A DNA stretch of 64,000 nt, from NCBI GenBank assembly GCA_028821455.1, contig JAPPGE010000088.1, positions 26,857 through 90,856 on the forward strand, in the 5' to 3' direction. The translations under genes and the position numbers were made by a program. Below the pieces are notes generated by a model. That model made no database searches. It saw only the letters and a list, made by a program, of their open reading frames with translations, and was not told where the DNA came from. Within the stretch, counting starts at the first letter, position 1, and every line of letters starts with the position of its first letter. Shown piece after piece: positions 40,166 to 48,571 of the stretch. The DNA is from a bacterium. Lineage in GTDB: Bacteria; Pseudomonadota; Alphaproteobacteria; SP197.

Positions 40166-41460
40166 GATAAGCCTCCTTGTTGTGAAGTGGGTTGGTTCGC
40201 CAGTCGTCGCGCGGACCTGGACCGGTGCATGACGGCCTGCAACAGGACATTGCAGCCGGCCTCGAGATCGGCGGGTTTGGCGCTTTCGGCTTCGTTGTGA
40301 CTGACTCCGCCGGCGCAGGGCACGAAGATCATCGCGGCAGGCGTGGTGTGACAGATCTGGCAGGCGTCGTGGCCCGCGCCGGACACCATGTCGAGGTGAA
40401 AATAGCCAAGGGAGCGGGCGGCGTTTCGCACCGCATCGACGCAGTCGCGGTCGAAATGCACCGCCGGATTGCGCCAGATCTCGTCGATCTCGAGAGCCAC
40501 GCTTTCGCTCCGGCAAGCCGCCTCGGTCCGTCCCCGGAAACTCGCGTCCATCTCCGCCAGCACCTCGTCGTCGGGATGGCGCAGATCGACGGCAAGCCGC
40601 ACCAAGCCGGGCACGGTGTTGCGCGAGTTGGGGATCACATCGAGTTGGCCGACCGTGCCAACCGCTTTCGGAGAATGATCGAGCGCCGCATGGCGTGCGG
40701 CGAAGACGACGCCCGCCGCGGCAACCAGGGCGTCGCGCCGACCCGCCAGCGGCGTCGATCCGGCATGCGCGTCCTGGCCGCCCAGCGTCACGTCGTACCA
40801 GCGTTGTCCCTGGCCACCGAGCACGACGCCGATCGTCCGTCCTTCCCGCTCCAGGATTGGCCCCTGTTCGATATGGGCTTCGAAGTAGGAATCGAACGCG
40901 CGATCGCCGCAGGGCTCGTCACCCAGATAGCCAATGCGATCCAGTTCCGCTCCCAGAGTCCTGCCATTGCCGTCGGTTCGTCCAAGGGCGAACGCGCGGT
41001 CGAAAAGGCCGGCGAAAACGCCGGATGCGAGCATCGCGGGCGCGAACCTGGCACCTTCCTCGTTGGTCCAGACCACCACGTCGACCGGCGCCTCGGTCTC
41101 GACGCCGTGCTCGTTCAGCGTCCGGATCACCTCGAGCCCCGCGAGCACTCCATAGACGCCGTCGAAACGGCCGCCGTGGGGCTGGGTATCGAGATGGCTG
41201 CCGGTCGCCACCGCCGGCAGGCCTTCCCGGCGTCCGGGACGACGGGCGAAAATGTTGCCCATATCGTCCACCGAGATCCGGCACCCGGCGTCGCGACACC
41301 ACGATACGAACAGATCGCGCCCTGCCTTGTCCTCGTCAGTCAGCGCCAGGCGACGGCAGCCGCCGGCGGGCGTGGCGCCGATCCTGGCCATCTCCATGAT
41401 GCTGCACCACAGACGGTCTCCATCGACGCGCGGAGACGGACAGTCCATGGCGCTCGCCAT
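40162..41460 (-). CDS. M20-family amidohydrolase of the hydantoinase/carbamoylase type (allantoate amidohydrolase / N-carbamoyl-L-amino-acid hydrolase-like)
   Basis: Internal ATG 2 nt downstream of the upstream gene's stop. M20 metal-ligand pattern (H..D..E..H) and dimerisation-domain region. Confidence 0.75.
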   Translation of the reverse strand: MASAMDCPSPRVDGDRLWCSIMEMARIGATPAGGCRRLALTDEDKAGRDLFVSWCRDAGCRISVDDMGNIFARRPGRREGLPAVATGSHLDTQPHGGRFDGVYGVLAGLEVIRTLNEHGVETEAPVDVVVWTNEEGARFAPAMLASGVFAGLFDRAFALGRTDGNGRTLGAELDRIGYLGDEPCGDRAFDSYFEAHIEQGPILEREGRTIGVVLGGQGQRWYDVTLGGQDAHAGSTPLAGRRDALVAAAGVVFAARHAALDHSPKAVGTVGQLDVIPNSRNTVPGLVRLAVDLRHPDDEVLAEMDASFRGRTEAACRSESVALEIDEIWRNPAVHFDRDCVDAVRNAARSLGYFHLDMVSGAGHDACQICHTTPAAMIFVPCAGGVSHNEAESAKPADLEAGCNVLLQAVMHRSRSARRLANQPTSQQGGLS

Positions 41461-41462
41461 TC

Positions 41463-42347
41463 CTACCCCGCCGGATCGCGCCTGAGGGCCTGGCACAGGC
41501 AATGGACGCCGCCGCCGCCCAGCGTGAACATGGACATGTCGGGATCGAACACCTCGAAGCCCAGCGCGCGCAGCTTGCCATTGAGCGTCGAGCTGCCCTG
41601 CATAGACAGCACCCGGTCGTTGCCCAGGGCAACCACGTTGACGCCGAGGTTCCTGGCCTCCGCATATCCGACGTCGACGAACTCGAAACCCCTGGCGCGC
41701 AGCCACGCGACAAGCCAGCCCTCCAGCGCGTCGAGGCACGCCAATAGGAGCTTGGACGCCAACGGAACGACAAGCCCGTCCATGTGGATGAACTCGCGCG
41801 AGATCGGCGCCACCTGGGCCTCCCATCCCTCTCGGCGCACCCAGTCGGCGACCTGTTCTGCGCCTTCTCTTTCCGAGCGCTCGCCACAGTAACCGATCAG
41901 CACGCAGCCGGGTTCCAGGATGACGAAGTCTCCTCCCTCGAAATGGCCGGCTGTCACAAGACGCCAGATCGGAATGTCGTTGTTCTGATAGAACCTGATT
42001 GCCGTCACGTAGTCGGCTCGCCTGCACTTCAACTGCATGTGGCAGATCAGCGCACCCCAGGGTGTCATGGCGCTTGAATCACGGGCAAAAAAGTTCCGGT
42101 GCAGCACCTCGTCGGAGTCGAGGTAGTGGCAGGTCACACCCGCGTCCTCGTAGATGCGAACCATCTCCGCATGCTGCGCCATGGCGGTCTGAAGGTTGAA
42201 GGCGATACCGGTATGGTCCTGGTTCTGCAGCGTGCGCTGCGTAATCGGACCGGCGTCAACCCATCGGAAATACTCTGGACGACCGAGCAAGACGTCGCGC
42301 AAGGGACCGTAGTCGTTGTCGATACCCCAGGCTGCGGAATGCCCCAT
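41463..42347 (-). CDS. amidinotransferase-superfamily protein (DDAH / arginine-deiminase-like guanidino-group-modifying enzyme)
   Basis: C-terminal GGGVHCLCQ catalytic-Cys motif and overall pentein-fold pattern. Confidence 0.7.
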   Translation of the reverse strand: MGHSAAWGIDNDYGPLRDVLLGRPEYFRWVDAGPITQRTLQNQDHTGIAFNLQTAMAQHAEMVRIYEDAGVTCHYLDSDEVLHRNFFARDSSAMTPWGALICHMQLKCRRADYVTAIRFYQNNDIPIWRLVTAGHFEGGDFVILEPGCVLIGYCGERSEREGAEQVADWVRREGWEAQVAPISREFIHMDGLVVPLASKLLLACLDALEGWLVAWLRARGFEFVDVGYAEARNLGVNVVALGNDRVLSMQGSSTLNGKLRALGFEVFDPDMSMFTLGGGGVHCLCQALRRDPAG

Positions 42348-42412
42348 GGCCTCCCTTCTCCGCCTTTGTCCGGGTTGATCGTCTGATCATTTTTAGTTAG
42401 ATAAAATATCAA
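42348..42412. promoter_or_regulatory. AT-rich divergent promoter region with dyad GATAAAATATC (candidate LysR-type binding site)
   Basis: Sharp GC drop between the divergently transcribed DDAH-like operon and the LysR gene. Contains a T-N11-A-compatible dyad. Confidence 0.4.
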
Positions 42413-43363
42413 ATGAAAAATGGTAATATGCCTTCTTATACAAGCAAAACGCAGGCACCACGCCTGCACAAGGCGGACCTCCATCTCCTCATGGTCTTCA
42501 TGACAGTCGTGGAATGTGGCGGATTCGCTGCTGCCCAGGTCACACTCAACGTCAGCCAGTCGACCATCAGCCGGCAGATCGGCAATCTGGAACAGCGTCT
42601 CGGCATGCGACTGTGCCAGCGTGGACGGGCCGGGTTCTTTCTGACCGACAAGGGACGGACCGTCTATGAGGCGTGTCAGCATCTTTCGACCGCGCTCGAG
42701 AGCTTCCGAACCACGGTCGGCGCCTTGCGCGGTGAACTCGTCGGCGATCTTTCAATCGCCGTGATCGACAACTGGGCGACCGACCGTGGCTTCCCATTGG
42801 CCGATGTTCTCTCGACCTTCAGGGCCAAGGCCCGAAAGGTCCACATTCACTTCCACACGTTGGCGCCCGACGAGATCGAGCGGGCCGTCCTGGAGAACAG
42901 GGTCAACCTCGGGATCGGCGTCTTTCACCAGCGCCGTCCGGGGCTGGTGTACGAGGTGCTCTATGACGATCCCGTCGAACTCTACTGTGGCGTGAACCAT
43001 CCACTGTTTGACCGGAACCCTCCCCGTGCAAACGACGTCGAGAATGCCGATCTGGCGCACCGCGCCTATCTGTCAGAGAGCCAGGTGGCACCGCTCACGG
43101 CGCACCTGCCGTCATCTGCATCGGCACGCCAGATCGAAGGCCTGGCTTTTTTCATTCTTTCGGGCTGGCACGTTGGTTACCTGCCCGTCTCCTATGCCGA
43201 ACGATGGGTCACTGCCGGACGCATGAAGAGCATCCTGCCGGACGTCTACCGCCGAATCACGCGGATGGAGCTTGTGATGCGCCGAGGCGTCACACCAACA
43301 CTTGTGGGCCAGACTTTTGCCGACATATTGCGCGAAACCACGCAACCGATGCGAAGCTGCTAG
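42413..43363 (+). CDS. LysR-family transcriptional regulator
   Basis: N-terminal HTH (LHLLMVFMTVVECGGFAAAQVTLNVSQSTISRQIGNLE) and a LysR substrate-binding domain. Confidence 0.85.
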   Translation: MKNGNMPSYTSKTQAPRLHKADLHLLMVFMTVVECGGFAAAQVTLNVSQSTISRQIGNLEQRLGMRLCQRGRAGFFLTDKGRTVYEACQHLSTALESFRTTVGALRGELVGDLSIAVIDNWATDRGFPLADVLSTFRAKARKVHIHFHTLAPDEIERAVLENRVNLGIGVFHQRRPGLVYEVLYDDPVELYCGVNHPLFDRNPPRANDVENADLAHRAYLSESQVAPLTAHLPSSASARQIEGLAFFILSGWHVGYLPVSYAERWVTAGRMKSILPDVYRRITRMELVMRRGVTPTLVGQTFADILRETTQPMRSC

Positions 43364-43394
43364 ATTCCTACTGACCTGGAGCGCCAGGCGAACT

Positions 43395-43665
43395 GGCGGA
43401 AGGGTAGCGGGTGAAAGTCCCGTGGAAAGAAAGGAGTAGCTGACCGCGACTCTCCGCAAGCCGTGCGCCGTCGGTCGTGAAGCCGGTGGTGAAGTGTCGG
43501 TAGCGGTGCATGCGAGCGGTGAACACCTGCGTGACAAAGGCCAGCGTGGACGTCGAAGAGACCGTACCCGCCACGATCGGATTATGATTGAGGTTGATCG
43601 GACAGTGCTCCAGTCATGAGTGGAGCCAGGATTGTCCGCCACGCGGCCATGTCGCCTTCCGAGTG
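43395..43665 (+). ncRNA. candidate cobalamin (AdoCbl) riboswitch-like leader element, copy 1
   Basis: In order on the plus strand: GAAGGG..GGTGAAAGTCC (43410-43420), AGCTGACCGCG, CCCGCCAC (43567-43574, B12-box-like), GGAGCCAGGATTGTCCGCC (43622-43640). Matched from memory of the consensus; not covariance-tested. Confidence 0.4.
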
Positions 43666-43985
43666 GCTGAGGTGACGGTGCCGACAATGCTCTTCGCCGA
43701 GATCCTGCGCCGACTCAAGGCGTCCGTTTGTCATGCGTTGCAGCGCGATTCACAGGAGAGGCGCACCTTGATCGCGATCGATCTGTCCTCTGGCTCATGG
43801 CAGACGATTTCGGGAAAGACAGCGCAGTAACCGCCCAGCGTGCGGATCGGTTGCCGGTTCACATTGGGAATTCGGGCAGGACAAGCGTCCACGGCTCAAT
43901 CGGACATCTGTGTGCATGGATTCCGTCGGGACGTTGGTCTACCGTGCCGCTCACCATCATGATGTCGCAGCACAGGAGGACACGA

Positions 43986-45154
43986 TCATGCCCAAAGCCA
44001 TGAACATCGAGGAGTTTCGTTCACGCATCGATAACTGTGATCTGACGCGACGGCAGGCGGCAGGTGCACTGGCCGCGGCTGGCGTCGGTCTGACGACGAT
44101 GACGTTCGGCCCGGGCGGCGTGCGCGCCCAGGATTCCCTGCCGGTCGACGATTCGCTGCAGGTATTTGAGTGGGGCGGTTATGAGCTGCCCGAATTCTAC
44201 GTGCCTTATGTCGAAAAGCATGGGGCAACGCCGGCGTTTGCCCTGTTTGGCGAGGAAGAGGAAGCGTTGCAGAAGCTTCGCTCCGGCTTTCGATCAGACA
44301 TCGGCCACCCGTGCGTCGGCAGCACCAGGCGCTGGCGCGATGCCGGCATCCTGCAACCGATCGACACCAGCCGACTGACCCACTTCTCCGATGTTTTCCC
44401 GAGTTTGAAAGTCCTGCCGGGCAGCATCGACGAAAACGGTTTGACCTATTTCATAGCGGCCGACTGGGGCAACTCGTCGGTCCTGTTCCGCCCCGATCTG
44501 GCACCGGAGTATGTCGATACGGAGGACCAGAAGAACGAGTCGTGGGCCATCCTGTTCGATGAAAAGTATGCCGGGCGCCTCGGCATCTTCGATTCGGTGG
44601 ACGGCGTCATGGCCGTCGTCGGCTCGGTGGTCGGTGCCGAAGACCCCTTTGACATGACCGATGCCGAGTTGGAGGAGGCGACGAAGCTCTTGCGCAAACA
44701 GCGCGAAATCCTGCGCTTTTACTGGACCGATCAAACCAGCGTCGAACAGGCGCTCGCCTCGGGCGAAATGGTCGCGTCCTATGCCTGGAACAGCGCCATC
44801 GTCGAACTCAAGAAACAGGGCGTCAATGTCGTCTACATGAACCCGAAGGAAGGCATCTGGACCTGGGTGTGCGGCTTGACGCTGCTTGTCGACGGTCCAG
44901 GCGACCAGAACAAGGCTTATGAGTTCATCGACGCCTGGATCTCGCCGGCGTCCGGCAAGAACCTGATCGAGATGTACGGTTACGGCCACTCCAATGCCAA
45001 GTCGTTCGAACTGGTCGATGCGGCCGTCCTCGAAAACCTCGGCATCACGGATCCGGATACGATGATGGCGAACAGCCGCTTCTTCGGCGAGATCAAACCG
45101 GAAGTGCGCGAGAAGTACATCGTCCTCTTCGACGAGATAAAGGCCGGTTTCTAG
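43986..45154 (+). CDS. orphan PotD/PotF-family (family 1) ABC substrate-binding protein with Tat-like signal
   Basis: N-terminal LTRRQAAGALAAAGVGL signal. PotD/PotF-like fold pattern. No adjacent permease or ATPase. Confidence 0.75.
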
Positions 45155-45299
45155 GAGCGCCTCTGGGAGAAAGAGGGATCGGCGACACAATTTGAGACAC
45201 CCGTGATCGGGTAGTGCCTGCCTCGAGCTTCACCGCGCATGCGCAGGCGGCGTGCAAGGCGTCGGCCGGACAGGGGCCGGCTGGCGTCAGCGCCCGTTC

Positions 45300-45530
45300 G
45301 GGCGATCCGTTCTGAAGGGCCCGTTTGCGGGTGAAAGTCATCCGGTCCCCGCAATTCGAGTGCCTGTGGGCTAAAGCGGCGAATGCCAAGCGCTGGCGCA
45401 TCCGATCGCGGTCGCGGGGCGACCCGCGTTCCGATGCGCCAGGCGGGTTCCTCGCCTGGTCCACAATGAGGCACATCAGGGGCTGGTCGGGGCGCCCAGG
45501 GGTGTCTCCATTGAGGACCTGCGCCATTCA
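45300..45530 (+). ncRNA. candidate cobalamin riboswitch-like element, copy 2, inside an ~840-nt noncoding gap
   Basis: GAAGGGCCCGTTTGCGGGTGAAAGTC (45330-45339 is GGTGAAAGTC), CCCCGCAA (45347-45354), 3' GAGGACCTGCGCC (45513-45525). Shares the GCGGGTGAAAGTC core with copy 1. Confidence 0.35.
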
Positions 45531-45997
45531 CTAGCCAAGCGGGGTTGAGGCTCGGTTGCGGCACGGTCCAACGCTGCATGGAACGCCACGGCGGCCTCGG
45601 TCGTGTGAATTCGCGGCTGACGCAGACGGTGCAGAGTGCCCCGGGCAAGCCCTTTATCGCGAACACCTCCTGGAGCATCCACGCGGCCGGGCCCATCGGA
45701 ACACGTCGAGCCGGTAGTCTCCAACAGCCCCCCTGCCTTCCTCCTCGTCGGCAGCCGGTAGCGTCGGAAGCCCCGCTCCGATAGCTCTGCTGCACCCCGC
45801 GCCGAAGGACGCTTCGCCTCGAAGGCCGTGACACATCGGGGGATTCCTCCTTCCATGGTTCCTGTAGCCATGGCGTCCGGTTCATCACGGCCTTCGTCAC
45901 CAGACAACTCGTGTGCCGCCACATGGCGAACAGGTGCGCTTGCCGCGGTTGTGGCGGGGGTGGCAGGATGCGGCCTCAGGCTGAAAGGGAACTTGCG

Positions 45998-46309
45998 ATG
46001 TACAGGATCGATCCCGGACGCACCGATCTGGCCGAGGAATTCCGGCGCAATCCCTTCGGACCGCACAGTGCCGAGCTCCAGAAGGTGCTCAATGTCATGC
46101 GATGGGAGCCCATCGAAGGCAAGTATGTCCTGGTCAACACGGTTCCTCACAAGGAGTGGTGTCTCGCCCAGCTTCCGGGGAAGCGCGGTGTGCCGGTGAC
46201 GCTCCACGAGGACGTGGTGTTCACCGACCTCGGCGAGGCCGAGTGGTACATCTTCAGACTGCGCTGGAAGAAGCACACCGGGGTTGATCTGGACCAGGCC
46301 TCTCAATGA
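45998..46309 (+). CDS. small subunit of a two-subunit N,N-dimethylformamidase-like amidohydrolase (DmfA1-like)
   Basis: 103 aa, ATG 45998 preceded by AAAGGGA, stop overlaps the large-subunit start (ATGA). Assignment rests on size and coupling to the large subunit. Confidence 0.5.
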   Translation: MYRIDPGRTDLAEEFRRNPFGPHSAELQKVLNVMRWEPIEGKYVLVNTVPHKEWCLAQLPGKRGVPVTLHEDVVFTDLGEAEWYIFRLRWKKHTGVDLDQASQ

Positions 46310-48546
46310 CCTTCGATTACCGCAGACGCATCCTGGGCTACCCGGATCGCGTTCGTGCAAGGCCGGGCGAAACCATTGACTTCAAGATCAGTCTCGAAGA
46401 CCACGAGACCTTCTTGTTCAGGACCGTTCGCATCGTCTGCGGTGTCGAGACTCCGGACGGCGCTCCCTACCGCGAGGTTGAAATCGAGACACCGGCAAAC
46501 GGACTCCACGAAGGCTCCTGTCAACCCATCGATGCCGGTTCCTACGCGATCATCCCCTCCGCACCAATCCTTGACCGGCTTTCGACCTTCACGTTCCAGG
46601 CCTTCATCATGCCGACCCTTCCCGGCGACGGACGCCAGGCCATCGTCAGCCGTGGCTCGGGTCCCGGACGACCCGGTTTCGCGGTCATTCTTGATCTGGA
46701 GGGCGCCCTTGCCCTGATGGTGGGCAACGGTCATGACCTCGTCACCGTTTCGACCGGCAGATCCCTTCAACCGTGGAAATGGGTCTTTGTGACGGCAAGC
46801 TACGACGCAGCGAACGGTTCGGTCACGCTGAGCCAGGAACCGCTCATCCATACCGGCGACTCCAGCAGTCCCGAGCGTATCACGGGGCATGCGCCGCCCG
46901 GCGTGGTCTTCGCGGCCGATCATGACCTCCACATGGCTGCCTGGCAGACCGGATGGCATGAGGATGGCAGACCCCGAATGGTCGGACACTTCAACGGGCG
47001 TATCGACAGTCCGCGCCTTGCCTCGAGGATTCTCGAAGCTCACCAGACAGCGGCACTGGCACGGTCGGGGCCGACGCCGGCCGACGGGGTTGTCGGCGCC
47101 TGGGACTTCGCGGCTGACATTCCCGGCGACACCTTCCCCGACCGTTCCGGCAACGCTCTTCACGGTCGTCTTGTCAATCTGCCCTCGCGGGGGGTGACCG
47201 GACGGCAGTGGGACGGATCCTGCCATGACTGGAGGGAGTGCCCAGACCACTACGCGGCCATTCACTTTCACGACGACGATCTCTTCGACGCCGGCTGGCG
47301 GACCACCGTATCCATGGCCGTGCCCGAGTCTCTCGCCAGCGGAGTCTATGCCGCGCACTGCCAGGCCGGAGATGACACGTGCCACATTCCCTTTGTCATC
47401 GTTCCCGAACGCGAGGCGCCGAGGGAACGCGTCGCCTTTCTCGCCTCCACGGCCACCTGGCTTGCCTATGCCAACAACCACTGGCAACTGGACGAGGAAA
47501 AAGCCGAGGTGAAGCGCGGGCGGATCATCGACTACAGCCCCGACGAACTCTTCCTCCATGAACGGCGCGATCTCGGTCTTTCGACCTATGATACGCATCG
47601 CGACGGATCGGGCGTGTTCTACAGCTCGCGGCTGCGGCCACTGGTGAACAACTACAGTCCGAAGTCGGCGATCTGGAGTTTCAACGCGGACACGCACGTC
47701 ACCGACTGGCTGGAGGCTTCCGGAATCCCGTTCGACGTCGTCACGGACGAAGACATTCACGAGGACGGTGTCGCGGCCCTTGCCGACCACCGGGTCATCA
47801 TCACCGGGACTCATCCGGAGTACTGGTCGACGGACATGCTGGATGCGCTGGCCGCCTATTTCGATCGTGGCGGCAGGCTGATGTACCTTGGCGGTAACGG
47901 GTTCTACTGGCGCATCGCCTGTCATCCCACGCGGGGTGGCGAGGCCATCGAGGTGCGGCGTCCGGAGTCGGGAGCGCGTTTCTGGGCCTCCCGCCCGGGC
48001 GAATATCATCTCTCCTTCAGCGGCGAGAGGGGAGGATTGTGGAAACACATTGGCCGCCCTCCGCAGTCACTCGTCGGTGTCGGCACCTTCGCCACCGGAT
48101 TCGATCGGTCGGGCTGGTTCGTCAAGAAGCCGGACATCGATGACAACCCCCGTGCATCCTGGATCTTTGAGGGTGTCAAGGGCGACATCATCGGTGATTT
48201 CGGTGTCCTGGGTGGCGGAGCGGCAGGCATCGAACTCGACGGTGCCGACGAGGCTCTGGGCACGCCGCCGGAGACCATCGTGCTGGCGAGTTCGGACGGC
48301 CATTCCGCCTACTACATGCAGTCACCCGACGAGATTGTCTTCAACCATGCAGCCGTCACCGGGGACGCCAATCCCAGGGTACGAGCAGACATGGTGTACT
48401 TCACGTTGCCGTCGGGCGCCGGTGTCTTTTCCACCGGCTCCATCAGCTGGGCTGCAAGCCTGGGCTGGAACGGCTACGACAACAACGTGGCACGGATTAC
48501 CGGCAATGTCGTGCGCCGGTTTGCCGCCGACGCGGCCCTGCCCTGA
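46306..48546 (+). CDS. N,N-dimethylformamidase large-subunit-like protein (DmfA2-like)
   Basis: 746 aa, translationally coupled to the small ORF. Domain pattern and length fit the DMFase beta-subunit family. Family assignment is from memory, not searched. Confidence 0.55.
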   Translation: MTFDYRRRILGYPDRVRARPGETIDFKISLEDHETFLFRTVRIVCGVETPDGAPYREVEIETPANGLHEGSCQPIDAGSYAIIPSAPILDRLSTFTFQAFIMPTLPGDGRQAIVSRGSGPGRPGFAVILDLEGALALMVGNGHDLVTVSTGRSLQPWKWVFVTASYDAANGSVTLSQEPLIHTGDSSSPERITGHAPPGVVFAADHDLHMAAWQTGWHEDGRPRMVGHFNGRIDSPRLASRILEAHQTAALARSGPTPADGVVGAWDFAADIPGDTFPDRSGNALHGRLVNLPSRGVTGRQWDGSCHDWRECPDHYAAIHFHDDDLFDAGWRTTVSMAVPESLASGVYAAHCQAGDDTCHIPFVIVPEREAPRERVAFLASTATWLAYANNHWQLDEEKAEVKRGRIIDYSPDELFLHERRDLGLSTYDTHRDGSGVFYSSRLRPLVNNYSPKSAIWSFNADTHVTDWLEASGIPFDVVTDEDIHEDGVAALADHRVIITGTHPEYWSTDMLDALAAYFDRGGRLMYLGGNGFYWRIACHPTRGGEAIEVRRPESGARFWASRPGEYHLSFSGERGGLWKHIGRPPQSLVGVGTFATGFDRSGWFVKKPDIDDNPRASWIFEGVKGDIIGDFGVLGGGAAGIELDGADEALGTPPETIVLASSDGHSAYYMQSPDEIVFNHAAVTGDANPRVRADMVYFTLPSGAGVFSTGSISWAASLGWNGYDNNVARITGNVVRRFAADAALP

Positions 48547-48571
48547 ATCATCGGTTGGGAGGAGGAAAGGC

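Noticed and set aside
43395-43665. Alternative identities for the structured leader (RNase P RNA, Mn yybP-ykoY riboswitch)
   Set aside because: GGTGAAAGTCC and AAAGGAGTAGC superficially recall RNase P P4 / Mn-riboswitch motifs. However the RNase P universal blocks (GGTAAGAGCGCACC, ACAGAACCCGGCTTA) are absent, and copy 2 lacks the GGAGTAGC block. The cobalamin-like assignment fits more motifs, but remains unverified.
45151-46360. Two minus-strand ORFs (257 and 294 aa) covering the long gap before the DMFase-like operon
   Set aside because: They overlap each other and the small-subunit ORF, and have no start signals. The region is better explained as a structured noncoding leader.
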